Assembly (NCBI GenBank): GCA_049510745.1
Contig: JBEKYR010000021.1
Coordinates: 21,295 to 85,294, forward strand
Direction of reading: 5' to 3'
Origin: Verrucomicrobiota bacterium
Lineage (GTDB): Bacteria > Verrucomicrobiota > Verrucomicrobiia > Limisphaerales > Palsa-1400
DNA length: 64,000 nt
Shown here: in pieces, positions 10,255 to 19,770 of the stretch
Position numbering within the stretch: position 1 is the stretch's first letter
Layout: each line of letters begins with the position of its first letter
Position numbers and translations under genes: made by a program
The notes under the pieces: model-generated
What the model saw: only the letters and a program-made list of their open reading frames with translations
The model's database searches: none
What the model was told of the DNA's origin: nothing

Positions 10255-10674
10255 ATGAAAATCCCGCATTTCCTGTGTACTTTGTCGGTCGTTTCATTGA
10301 CCGCTTGTTCGACCACGACGAGCAACGAGAAGCAGGCTTCGTCGAAGACCGACCCTGAAACAGTGTTGGTGACTTACCACGTCAGGTCCGGCAAGGAAGC
10401 AGAGTTTCAAGAGTTGCTGTCGCGTGCTTGGGAGATTTATCGGAAGGAGCACTTGGTATTCGCTCAACCGCACGTTATCGTTCAGGACAAGGAAAGTGGC
10501 GATAAACCTCGTTTCATCGAGATTTTTACATGGGTGAGCCACTCTGCGCCGGAACACGCTCCCGGCTCTGTGAAGACGATTTGGGATCAAATGCAGTCGC
10601 AATGTGAGGCGCGTGACGGACATGGTGGTCTCGTCGGTGGGGAGGTTGATCTGCTCGCCCCTCACGCGAGATGA
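10255..10674 (+). CDS. putative lipoprotein (dimeric alpha+beta barrel-like)
   Basis: Lipobox LTAC; VTYHVRSGKEAEF pattern. Confidence 0.6.
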   Translation: MKIPHFLCTLSVVSLTACSTTTSNEKQASSKTDPETVLVTYHVRSGKEAEFQELLSRAWEIYRKEHLVFAQPHVIVQDKESGDKPRFIEIFTWVSHSAPEHAPGSVKTIWDQMQSQCEARDGHGGLVGGEVDLLAPHAR

Positions 10675-10877
10675 AGTGTCTGCACTTCATTGGTTCGAGC
10701 AACGCATGTGACGTGAACGTGACTGCCCGAACTGAATCCGGCTCGCTCAAGCCAGCGTCCCGTGAGGCGAATTTTTGGTTTTGTGAGGCCCTTCCATGGA
10801 TCACCATCGGCCTCAATCTTCAATTTACGACAGAACGGGTCCGGCTTAGTCGGCCTAAGCGATTTGCTTTCAAACAT
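10662..10877 (-). CDS. SymE-family type I toxin-like protein
   Basis: PKIRLTGRWLERAGFSSGSHVHV matches the SymE/AbrB-fold signature. Confidence 0.7.
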   Translation of the reverse strand: MFESKSLRPTKPDPFCRKLKIEADGDPWKGLTKPKIRLTGRWLERAGFSSGSHVHVTCVARTNEVQTLHLA

Positions 10878-11050
10878 AACACCCCTTCGAGGTGAAACCC
10901 ATCTTGACGTCAATACCGCATCCACCCGTGGAAGTAAATCCGACTCGTGGGGACACTGCCGACGCTCTCGACGTCCTGTCTCTGCCTTTTTGACTACACG
11001 AGCGAATTGCCGTGACTTGCCCGGCACAATTCGGCTGATATAGTCGCCGC

Positions 11051-13360
11051 ATGAGGCGCTTTGAGTATCCACGTGTCGTGGCCCGGTATTCTACAATAGC
11101 GGGCTTAGCCGTCGGTTTCTTCATCTTCGCCAGTCCGCCGGCATTGCCGGCAGAATCGACCTTTAACTGGAAAGGTGGCCCCGGCGGTTGGAATGATGCT
11201 TCTATGTGGGGCGGACTCGTTCCTTCGGGAACTACTGGAGCATGGATCAACGGCACGAAAGAGAAACCCGGTGAAGTGACGTTGGCAGGGGCTGATGCCT
11301 TGGTGAACCATCTCAGCATCGCCGACGGCGGCAACAGCGTCGCTTCTTTAGTGCTGGATGGACCCGCCTTGACCGTGAGCGGCACCGTTGACGTCGGCAA
11401 GTACAACGGGTCGGAAGGGCGTTTCGTTCTCCGTGCAGGTCGCGTGTTTGCCAGCACGATATTCGTCTCCGGCGGCGGCGGGCCGGGGATGCGCGGACGC
11501 GGCACGATTGCGATTGACAGTGGTTCGCTCGTCACGAAAGACATTGAACTTGGCGTGTCCGCCGGTTGCCATTCCACACTGCACATCATCGGATCGAAGA
11601 GCTCCGGCATCGCCACGGAGGACGGATTGCACATCGGTGTCTATAACTATCTCACCCTGGAGAAGGAACCGCCGCCCAGCACGACCGAATTGATCTTCGA
11701 CCTCGATGCCGACGGGGTGACGCCAATCTTTACATGGGGCAAGACGGAGGGACGGGTCAACTTTCCGGTTCCCGATGGAAAAGGCAACGGCCTGGGCAGT
11801 TGCCAGCTTGAGGTGAATCTGCTCGCGCTGCCGCCGACTGGCGACATTCTGCTGATCGGGTGTGCAAATTCATGCCACGGCACATTCACAGACCTGGCCG
11901 AGGGCAGGCCTGTGCGAGCGAAATTCAACGGGAAAACGTACGAGTGGAAGCTGACGTATCGGGGTGGTCCAACGGGACATGACATCCTGTTGACCGACGC
12001 TCGCGTTGTCACCGCCGACGGCAAAATGGTTTCTTACGTGGACGGAAAACCGGCGAAGGCTTTCCGGTTCGATCGGACCCTGGTGGAATCCGCGTATCGG
12101 ACGTTCTATAGGCAATCTGATGCGGAGGAACCTCCCTTTGGCGGCGCGACGCCGGCGTTTCCCGGCGCGGAAGGATACGGCGCCTACGCTCGCGGCGGGC
12201 GAGGCGGACAGGTTCTTTTTGTCACGAATCTCAACGATTCGGGCCCCGGCAGCTTGCGCGAAGCGATTGAGACAAAAGGTCCCCGCACGGTCCTCTTCCG
12301 CGTGGGGGGCGTGATCGAGACCAAGGGGCTGGAAATCCGCGAGCCGTACATCACCATCGCAGGCCAAGCCGCTCCGGGGGATGGAATTTGCATCAAGCGT
12401 GTCGAGAGTGGAGGGGGTGCGCTCATGCTCGTTGGAACGCACGACGTCGTCATTCGCTACCTCCGCATCCGCGCCGGCAACAACACCGGCCAGTTTCGGG
12501 GCGAGAGCTTCCGCGCCTCTGACAGCGACAACTTCATCATCGATCATTGCTCCTGTAGTTGGGGCAATCCAGAAACGCTTTCTGCATCAGGGACGGCCGA
12601 CCTTTACACGGTCCAGTGGAACATTATTTCGGAAGGCAACGCCCAGCAGCGGCATGCGTTTGCGAGCATTGCGGGCGGCAACCGAAGCACGTGGCACCAT
12701 AATCTCTTTGCCCACATGCTCAGCCGCGTTCCGCGCTGGGGCGACATCACCGTGCAATGCGATTTCCGGAATAACGTGATCTATGACTGGGGATTTTACT
12801 GCGGTTACGGAGATCTGCGGTCGTTAAACTACGTCAACAATTTCCTCCGCAAGGGCGCGTCCACGACTCAGAACCCGCCCCTTTTCGTTCTCGACCCGAA
12901 AGTAATCCTTCCGGGGTCGCTGTATGTCAACGGCAACATCATGGAAGGATTTCCGGAGGTTTCCCGGGACAATTGGAAAGGCGTGAGCGCGGCTCGATCC
13001 TTCGAGAGCCGCCAGCCTTTCGCGGCTCCGCCGGTGCAGACGCAATCGGCGGAGGCCGCATTTGACTTGGTGCTCAGCAACGCAGGCGCCACGTTGCCGC
13101 GGCGCGATTTAGTGGACCTCCGTGACGTCTCCGATGTGCGCAATCGCACCGGCAAAATCATCAACAACGAGAACCAGGTCGGCGGTTGGCCAGTGTACGC
13201 TTCGGGTGAACCGCCGGCCGACGGCACCCATGATGGGATTCCGGACCAGTGGAAAAAGAGCCACGGATTGTCCGTGAGCGATCCAGGTTTGGGCAAATCC
13301 GTCAACGCCGATGGCTACACGGAATTGGAAGTGTATTTGAATTCGCTAACGACGAAATAG
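11051..13360 (+). CDS. secreted pectate lyase (PL1-like) with N-terminal Gly-rich beta-repeat domain
   Basis: AFPGAEGYG..GGRGG, VTNLNDSGPGSLREAI, TIAGQAAPGDG, IIDHCSCSW, SRVPR, DGIPDQW, GYTELEVYLN. Confidence 0.88.
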   Translation: MRRFEYPRVVARYSTIAGLAVGFFIFASPPALPAESTFNWKGGPGGWNDASMWGGLVPSGTTGAWINGTKEKPGEVTLAGADALVNHLSIADGGNSVASLVLDGPALTVSGTVDVGKYNGSEGRFVLRAGRVFASTIFVSGGGGPGMRGRGTIAIDSGSLVTKDIELGVSAGCHSTLHIIGSKSSGIATEDGLHIGVYNYLTLEKEPPPSTTELIFDLDADGVTPIFTWGKTEGRVNFPVPDGKGNGLGSCQLEVNLLALPPTGDILLIGCANSCHGTFTDLAEGRPVRAKFNGKTYEWKLTYRGGPTGHDILLTDARVVTADGKMVSYVDGKPAKAFRFDRTLVESAYRTFYRQSDAEEPPFGGATPAFPGAEGYGAYARGGRGGQVLFVTNLNDSGPGSLREAIETKGPRTVLFRVGGVIETKGLEIREPYITIAGQAAPGDGICIKRVESGGGALMLVGTHDVVIRYLRIRAGNNTGQFRGESFRASDSDNFIIDHCSCSWGNPETLSASGTADLYTVQWNIISEGNAQQRHAFASIAGGNRSTWHHNLFAHMLSRVPRWGDITVQCDFRNNVIYDWGFYCGYGDLRSLNYVNNFLRKGASTTQNPPLFVLDPKVILPGSLYVNGNIMEGFPEVSRDNWKGVSAARSFESRQPFAAPPVQTQSAEAAFDLVLSNAGATLPRRDLVDLRDVSDVRNRTGKIINNENQVGGWPVYASGEPPADGTHDGIPDQWKKSHGLSVSDPGLGKSVNADGYTELEVYLNSLTTK

Positions 13361-13496
13361 GCGCCGATTGTTGGCTGGACTACACCACAGGGACAGAAAT
13401 GGCCTGCCAGCCGTAGCCGCGCAGGAGCAACAATGGAGGTTTTTTCTTGATGTCGTAATCCACAAACGCCTACTTTGCCTCGTTGACCATTTGCTT

Positions 13497-14735
13497 ATGA
13501 AAAAAACTGCGTTTCTGTTCGGCCTGATTTTGACATCGCTCACACTGGCTTCGTCCGCGCGCGAGATTCCCGTGGTGGCTCCGGAAAAGGCCGGATTGTC
13601 CGAAGCCAAACTCGCCGAGGTGGACCGGTTCATGGATCGCCAGGTCGGCGAGCAGAAACTTGCCGGCGGCATCGTGATGGTTTCGCACGGAGGCAAGATC
13701 GGCTTTTTCCACACTTACGGTCTGATGGATCGCGAGGCGCAGAAACTGATGAGACCCGACACGATCTTCCGCATCTACTCGATGAGCAAGGCGATCACCA
13801 CCGCCGCCGCGCTGAATCTTCATGATGCCGGCAAAATGGGTTTGGACGATCCGGTTTCCAAATACATTCCCAGCTTCGCGCATCTCATGGTGGCGACGAC
13901 GAACGGGCTGCGCGCGCCGGCGCGATCGGTGACCATTCGCGATCTGATGCTGCACATCTCCGGCCTGACATACGGTGACGGCCCCGACGCGCTCAAGAAA
14001 GCTTACTCACGCTTGAAACCGTTGGAGTCCACCAACCTCGCCGAGATGGCGGAGAAGCTTTCCCAAGTGCCACTGGCGTTCGATCCCGGGATGGACTGGA
14101 ATTATGGCGTCGGGATTGATGTTTTGGGCCGCGTGATCGAAGTCGTGAGCGGCAAGGGCCTCGATGAGTTTCTGGCCCAAACCATTTTCCGGCCGCTGGA
14201 CATGAAAGACACCGCCTTCAGCGTGCCGCCGGAAAAACTCGACCGGTTTGCGGCGAATTACAGCCGGACCAACGGATTGAAAGTGATTGACGCTCCCGCT
14301 GAATCGAAGTTCGCGGGGAAAGTCACCTTTTTCTCCGGCGGCGGCGGGCTGGTCAGTACGGCTCACGATTACATGCGGTTCCTGGCGATGATCGAGCGCG
14401 GCGGCACACTGGACGGACATCGCATCCTGCAACCCAAGACCGTGAAACTCATGTCAAGCAATTTGCTTCCCGAAAAAGCCTTCCCGATTTATTTCGGAAA
14501 AGAAAAACGTCTGGGCGCCGGCTTTGGACTGGGCTTTGCAGTTTGCACGGAAGTCACCAGTTGGGATCCGGCGGCGCACGCCGGCGAATTCGGCTGGGAC
14601 GGCGCCGCCTCCACTCATTATTGGATCAGCCCTTCGGACAAACTCATCGTGGTGACGCTGGAACAAATCATGCCTTACGAATGGGACACGGAACGCGGCG
14701 TGAAGAAAATAATCTACGACTCAATCCAGAAATAA
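13497..14735 (+). CDS. serine hydrolase, beta-lactamase class C/esterase family
   Basis: Signal peptide, FRIYSMSK (SxxK), PGMDWNYG, GGGGLVST, FGWDG. Confidence 0.9.
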   Translation: MKKTAFLFGLILTSLTLASSAREIPVVAPEKAGLSEAKLAEVDRFMDRQVGEQKLAGGIVMVSHGGKIGFFHTYGLMDREAQKLMRPDTIFRIYSMSKAITTAAALNLHDAGKMGLDDPVSKYIPSFAHLMVATTNGLRAPARSVTIRDLMLHISGLTYGDGPDALKKAYSRLKPLESTNLAEMAEKLSQVPLAFDPGMDWNYGVGIDVLGRVIEVVSGKGLDEFLAQTIFRPLDMKDTAFSVPPEKLDRFAANYSRTNGLKVIDAPAESKFAGKVTFFSGGGGLVSTAHDYMRFLAMIERGGTLDGHRILQPKTVKLMSSNLLPEKAFPIYFGKEKRLGAGFGLGFAVCTEVTSWDPAAHAGEFGWDGAASTHYWISPSDKLIVVTLEQIMPYEWDTERGVKKIIYDSIQK

Positions 14736-14809
14736 CAGCGTGTTTCTCTCAACACTTACGCCCGGAGGGAAAACCTCGCCTGGACGGCGGCTTCGGTGTA
14801 AACAAGGGC

Positions 14810-15229
14810 ATGACCTATCAACGAGAAATCCAGGTTCAAACCACCGGCCATAAAGAAATGCACGACCTCACCGGCGAGGTGGCCCGGATCGTGAACGAAT
14901 CAGGCGTGCGGTCCGGTGTGGTGCATATTTTCAACGTCGGCAGCACCGCCGCGATTGGCACGATTGAATTCGAACCGGGTCTCCAGGAAGACCTGCCAAG
15001 TATATTGGACAAACTGATTCCGCCGAGCCGTGACTACGGCCACGAACACGCCTGGCACGATGGCAACGGCCATTCCCATTTGCAGGCGACGATGCTTGGC
15101 CCTTCGCTCGCAGTGCCCATCAAAGATCGCAAACTCCTGCTGGGCACATGGCAGCAAATCTTCCATCTCGAGTGCGACATCAAACCGCGCCGGCGCACGA
15201 TTGCGATCACGGTGATGGGCGAGTCGTGA
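14810..15229 (+). CDS. yjbQ: YjbQ/UPF0047 family protein
   Basis: GSTAAIGTIE, DGNGHSHL, LGTWQQI. Confidence 0.9.
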   Translation: MTYQREIQVQTTGHKEMHDLTGEVARIVNESGVRSGVVHIFNVGSTAAIGTIEFEPGLQEDLPSILDKLIPPSRDYGHEHAWHDGNGHSHLQATMLGPSLAVPIKDRKLLLGTWQQIFHLECDIKPRRRTIAITVMGES

Positions 15230-15399
15230 CCATCCGGCTGGCGTCAACGTCTCCACGTTTTTGCTCCGGCCGAAGAACGCGATGCCTTCGTCGCCCGCGT
15301 CAAGCAGTCGATGCCATAACCAGAACAGCAATTCCACTCCAAAAAGCGGCACTGGGTTGCGCCTGCGCGAATTGGGCCAAAAGGAATTCGCCAGCGTGA

Positions 15400-18309
15400 T
15401 TGCTGTTGTCTTATAATGGCCGCGTGGAAACGATTCACAAAAGCGTCGGCAACGAAGCGCGGGCGTTGATGCGGGATGCGGACGTTTCGGAGCAACCAGG
15501 CCCCACGGTTACGAATCATTCTCCACCGGCTGCCAAGATAGAGTTGTTTCGATCTCTTTTCCGGGGCAGAGAGGATGTTTATCCCCGGCGATTCGAGAGC
15601 CGGAGGACCGGGAAATCCGGCTATGCGCCTGCCTGCGCCAATGAATGGATTCGCGGTATCTGTGAAAAACCGCGAATTAAATGCGCCGATTGTCCCGATC
15701 GCCGTTTCTTTCCGATCACTGCCGAAGTAACCGGCTGGCATCTTTCGGGCCGGAATGACCGGGGCCTGGATTTTGTCATGGGCGTCTATGCCATGTTGCA
15801 GGACGAGACTTGCTTCTTTCTGGCGGTGGATTTCGATGACGAAGATTGGCAGCGGGATGCGGCCGCGTTTCTCGATACGTGCCGGCGGCTTGAGGTGCCC
15901 GCCGTCTTGGAGCGCTCGCGATCCGGCCATGGCGGCCACGTCTGGTTTTTCTTTGAAGAAGCCATTCCCGCCGGCTTGGCGCGCAAACTGGGTTCGCACA
16001 TTCTCACGGAGACGATGGAGCACCGTCCGGAAATTGGTTTCCATTCTTACGACCGGCTGTTTCCCAACCAGGACACGCTGCCCAAAGGCGGGTTTGGGAA
16101 TCTGATCGCCCTTCCGCTCCAGAAACAGGCGAGGCAGCGCGGCCACACTGTTTTTCTTGACGGGCAGTTCGGGCCTTACGCCGATCAATGGGCGTTCCTG
16201 GCCTCGGTGCGGCGAATGAGCCGGACGCGCATCGAGGCTCTGGTGCGCGACGCGGAATCCAAGGGACGGGTTGTTGGAGTGCGCATGGCCTTGGCGGATG
16301 AGGACGATGACGATCCCTGGACGGCGCCCCCGTCACGCCGCCGCAAGGAACCACCCATTCCAGGGCCTTTTCCAGAAAAGATCGAGGTAATCCTCGGAGA
16401 CCAAATCTATATCGCCAAAGAGAACCTTGTGCCCGGGCTGCGCAACCGACTGCTGCGTTTGGCCGCGTTTCAGAATCCCGAGTTCTATCGCGCGCAAGCC
16501 ATGCGCCTGCCGGCCTACAACAAGCCAAGAATCGTTTCATGCGCCGAGGATCATCCAAAGCACTTCGCCCTTCCGCGAGGGTGTCTGGATGAGGTTCGGC
16601 AAATGCTTGAGGCTCTCCACATCCGCCCGGAAATCCGCGATGAACGTTACGGAGGCGTTCCGCTCAAGTTGTCTTTCCGCGGCGTCCTGCGGCCTGAGCA
16701 GCAAGCAGCGGCTGAAGCGTTGTTCGGACATGACACGGGCGTTCTGGCAGCGACCACGGCTTTTGGCAAAACCGTGGTGGCGGCCTGGCTCATTGCCCAA
16801 CGCGGCGTCAACACGCTGATATTGGTTCACCGCCAGCAACTTCTCGAACAGTGGATCGAGCGATTATCCTCGTTTCTGGATTTGCCAGCGAAGGACATCG
16901 GGCGATTGGGCGGCGGACGCAACAAGCTGACAGGCGCGCTGGACGTGGCCCTGATGCAAAGCCTTGTTCGCAGAGAAGTGGTCGATGATCGCGTGGCCGA
17001 TTACGGCCATCTAATTGCGGATGAGTGCCATCATATTTCCGCGCGCAGCTTTGAATTGGCCGTCCGCCGCGCCAAAGCGAAGTTCATCACCGGTTTGTCC
17101 GCCACGGTGACTCGCAAGGACGGGCACCACCCGATCATTTTCATGCAGTGCGGCCCGGTTCGCCATCGTGTGGACGCGAAAACCCAGGCGGCGGCGCGGC
17201 CGTTCACGCATCATGTCCTGGTCCGTCCGACCGGTTTTCGGCCGAGTGCGGCGTCCGACCCGGATCCGCGCGCGGAATTTCACCAATTGTATGAGGCCTT
17301 GCGGAATGACGAGAAGCGGAACCAAATGATTTGTGCGGACATCGTAAGTGCCATCAGGGAGGGGCGGTCACCTCTGGTGCTGACCGAACGGAGAGAACGC
17401 CTTGAACATTTGGCTCAATTGCTTTCCACGGATGTTCCGCACTTGATTCTGTTGCGCGGAGGTCAAAGCAAGAAAGTATTGGCCGCCGCCCTCGCGCAAT
17501 TGGCCCAGATCCCAGAGACCGCAGGGCGGGCGGTTCTGGCCACGGGAGGATACATCGGCGAAGGCTTCGACGACCCTCGATTGGACACGTTGTTTTTGGC
17601 GTTACCGGTTTCATGGCGGGGAACCATTGCGCAGTACGTCGGGCGGCTTCATCGTCTGCACGAAGGCAAACGCGAAGTGCGCGTTTATGACTACGCCGAC
17701 CTGGATGTTCCGATGCTTTCCAGGATGTTCGACAAACGGTGCCGCGGATATGAAGCGAATGGCTACACCATCCTGCTTCCGGGCAGCGCCTTGCCGGGCT
17801 GGCCGGCCGAAGTTCCACTTCCGATTGATCCAGAATGGAAAAAGGATTACGCCGCCAGTGTTCGCCGGCTCATCCGCGACGGAGTGGATGTTCCCCTGGC
17901 GACTCTTTTCGTGCATGTGGCCCGGACTCCCGACGCCAATGCCAAGGGAGAAGATCGTGCCAGAAGCGCCAGCGAAGCCTTTCTTTTTCGCCGCCTGCAA
18001 ACCTTGCCCGCAACGTCCGGTCGTTTTCGCTTGAATGTGGAGTTGCCAATTTCGTTTGACGGCGATGGCAAAATGGAGGTGGACCTGTTATGCGCGGAAG
18101 CCGGCGTGGTTATTGAGTTGGATGGCGCGCAACATTTCGCTAATATGGACGCGTATCGGCGGGACCGGAGGAAAGACGCCCTGCTGCAGCAAAATGGATA
18201 TTTTGTGTTGCGATTCCTGACGGAAGACACAGGCAAGCGCCTCGACCAAGTCTTGGATGCCATTTGGGCCGCTCTCATTTATCGTGAGAACCACCCGAGA
18301 CGCAAGTAA
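15400..18309 (+). CDS. TOTE-type AEP primase domain + SF2 helicase + DUF559 nuclease fusion
   Basis: LFRGREDVY, AVDFD, ERSRSGHGGHVW, GNLIALPLQ; TAFGKT, DECHH, SAT, QYVGRLHR; EVDLL..IELDG..H..DRRKDALLQQNGYFVLRF. Confidence 0.85.
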   Translation: MLLSYNGRVETIHKSVGNEARALMRDADVSEQPGPTVTNHSPPAAKIELFRSLFRGREDVYPRRFESRRTGKSGYAPACANEWIRGICEKPRIKCADCPDRRFFPITAEVTGWHLSGRNDRGLDFVMGVYAMLQDETCFFLAVDFDDEDWQRDAAAFLDTCRRLEVPAVLERSRSGHGGHVWFFFEEAIPAGLARKLGSHILTETMEHRPEIGFHSYDRLFPNQDTLPKGGFGNLIALPLQKQARQRGHTVFLDGQFGPYADQWAFLASVRRMSRTRIEALVRDAESKGRVVGVRMALADEDDDDPWTAPPSRRRKEPPIPGPFPEKIEVILGDQIYIAKENLVPGLRNRLLRLAAFQNPEFYRAQAMRLPAYNKPRIVSCAEDHPKHFALPRGCLDEVRQMLEALHIRPEIRDERYGGVPLKLSFRGVLRPEQQAAAEALFGHDTGVLAATTAFGKTVVAAWLIAQRGVNTLILVHRQQLLEQWIERLSSFLDLPAKDIGRLGGGRNKLTGALDVALMQSLVRREVVDDRVADYGHLIADECHHISARSFELAVRRAKAKFITGLSATVTRKDGHHPIIFMQCGPVRHRVDAKTQAAARPFTHHVLVRPTGFRPSAASDPDPRAEFHQLYEALRNDEKRNQMICADIVSAIREGRSPLVLTERRERLEHLAQLLSTDVPHLILLRGGQSKKVLAAALAQLAQIPETAGRAVLATGGYIGEGFDDPRLDTLFLALPVSWRGTIAQYVGRLHRLHEGKREVRVYDYADLDVPMLSRMFDKRCRGYEANGYTILLPGSALPGWPAEVPLPIDPEWKKDYAASVRRLIRDGVDVPLATLFVHVARTPDANAKGEDRARSASEAFLFRRLQTLPATSGRFRLNVELPISFDGDGKMEVDLLCAEAGVVIELDGAQHFANMDAYRRDRRKDALLQQNGYFVLRFLTEDTGKRLDQVLDAIWAALIYRENHPRRK

Positions 18310-18324
18310 TTCCAGTATCTGCAT

Positions 18325-19572
18325 TTATTTGCCTGCCGCCCAAAGGAGAGGCAATGGCAAGCCGTGCAGGTTGCCGGCAAATGGAATGACTTCTGTCCCG
18401 GTATAAAGCAGCACTCCACGAACCCACCTTTTACCCGCTGCGTTGGCCATAGCCTGCAAACCACGAACATCGCTTCCGCCCAACGTTGCGCCAGCTTTTA
18501 TTTCCACCCCGACCAGCCGCCCGGCACTATCTTCGAGCACGATGTCCACCTCCTGTCCGGAAGCCGTGCGCCAATAGAAAAACTCCGGCTGAATCTCGCT
18601 CCAAGCCGATTGCTTGCGCAGTTCCATCAGCACGAAATTCTCCAGCACCCCGCCCGCCAGTGTCCCGTCAACCTTCAACCGATCCGCCGTCAATCCCAAT
18701 AGATGGGCCAAGAGCCCGGTGTCATTCAAATAAGCCTTCGGCGTTTGAATGAGCCGCTGTCCAAGGTTGCTCGACCAAGGCCGCAACAGTTGCACCAAGA
18801 ACGTTGCTTCCAATAGGGCGAAGTAGCGTTTCAATGTTGTTTGCGGCAACGCGAGAGTTCGCGACAAGTCAGCGAAATTCAACAGTCCGCCGCACCGGGC
18901 GGCCACGACTGAGAGCAGGCGGGGCACAGCCGTAACGTCGGCGACATTTGCCAGGTCACGAACATCACGCTGAAGAATCGTCGTCAGGTAGGACCGAAAC
19001 CAAGCCGTGCGACGCGCGCCGACGTTTCGAGCAACCACCAGGGGATAGCCGCCAACCAAGACCTTCCCAAGCAATTCATCACGCCCAACGCCGCTTGATT
19101 TTCCTGAAGACCAGACCGGCTGTTTGGAGAATAAGGCGTCAATGAAGCCTTCGCTAACGCTGTTCATTTCGCCCTGCGAAAACGGCCAGAGGGTCAATAT
19201 CTCCATGCGGCCCGCCAGGGACTCGGACAATTTCGGCAGAAGCATCACGTTCGCGGAACCCGTCAGCAAAAACCGTCCTGGCTCCCGTTTCCGGTCAACG
19301 GACACTTTGATGGCGGGAAAGAGTTCGGGCGCATGCTGCACTTCATCCAGGGTGACCAGGGGGTTCAAGCCGGCAATGAAGCCGTTGGGGTCGCGCTTGG
19401 CCGCTGCCAATACGCCGGGATCATCGAGCGTCAAATACTGGCGGTCGTGCTTGGTCAATTCCGCCGATTGCACCAAAGTGCTCTTGCCGGTTTGTCGGGC
19501 GCCGTTGACCAGAACCACCGGCGTGTCCGCCAAAGCTTGCAGAAGAGGCTTGGTAATGTGGCGACGAATCAT
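18325..19572 (-). CDS. AAA_14 ATPase with DUF4143 and C-terminal PD-(D/E)xK domain
   Basis: GARQTGKST, LDEVQ, LLTGS, ESLAGR, PKAYLNDTG, EVDIV..VEIK. Confidence 0.9.
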   Translation of the reverse strand: MIRRHITKPLLQALADTPVVLVNGARQTGKSTLVQSAELTKHDRQYLTLDDPGVLAAAKRDPNGFIAGLNPLVTLDEVQHAPELFPAIKVSVDRKREPGRFLLTGSANVMLLPKLSESLAGRMEILTLWPFSQGEMNSVSEGFIDALFSKQPVWSSGKSSGVGRDELLGKVLVGGYPLVVARNVGARRTAWFRSYLTTILQRDVRDLANVADVTAVPRLLSVVAARCGGLLNFADLSRTLALPQTTLKRYFALLEATFLVQLLRPWSSNLGQRLIQTPKAYLNDTGLLAHLLGLTADRLKVDGTLAGGVLENFVLMELRKQSAWSEIQPEFFYWRTASGQEVDIVLEDSAGRLVGVEIKAGATLGGSDVRGLQAMANAAGKRWVRGVLLYTGTEVIPFAGNLHGLPLPLLWAAGK

Positions 19573-19681
19573 GGTCGTATAATCAACCACAACACGGATG
19601 ATAATCAACCACAATTTTGCCGGTACTGAAATCCACTCGGCGAGCGGTGGAGGTCGCACGTCTGCATCAACCCTCGAGAAA

Positions 19682-19729
19682 TGACTTCGGATCAGAAGGG
19701 TGGCAGTTCAAGTCCCTCCGGATGCGTCA
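19682..19729 (+). mobile_element. degenerate second copy of the tRNA-Arg(UCG) 3' half; probable older att site
   Basis: 40/48 identical to 7465-7512 with the first 18 nt identical; T-stem pairing broken. Confidence 0.7.
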
Positions 19730-19770
19730 ATTTCCCAGCCCGGACATGCCGAGCAGGTGGCCGGCGGAAA

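Noticed and set aside
13497..14735. Antibiotic-resistance beta-lactamase
   Set aside because: A generic SxxK serine hydrolase with an esterase-like WDG motif rather than KTG; activity cannot be inferred.
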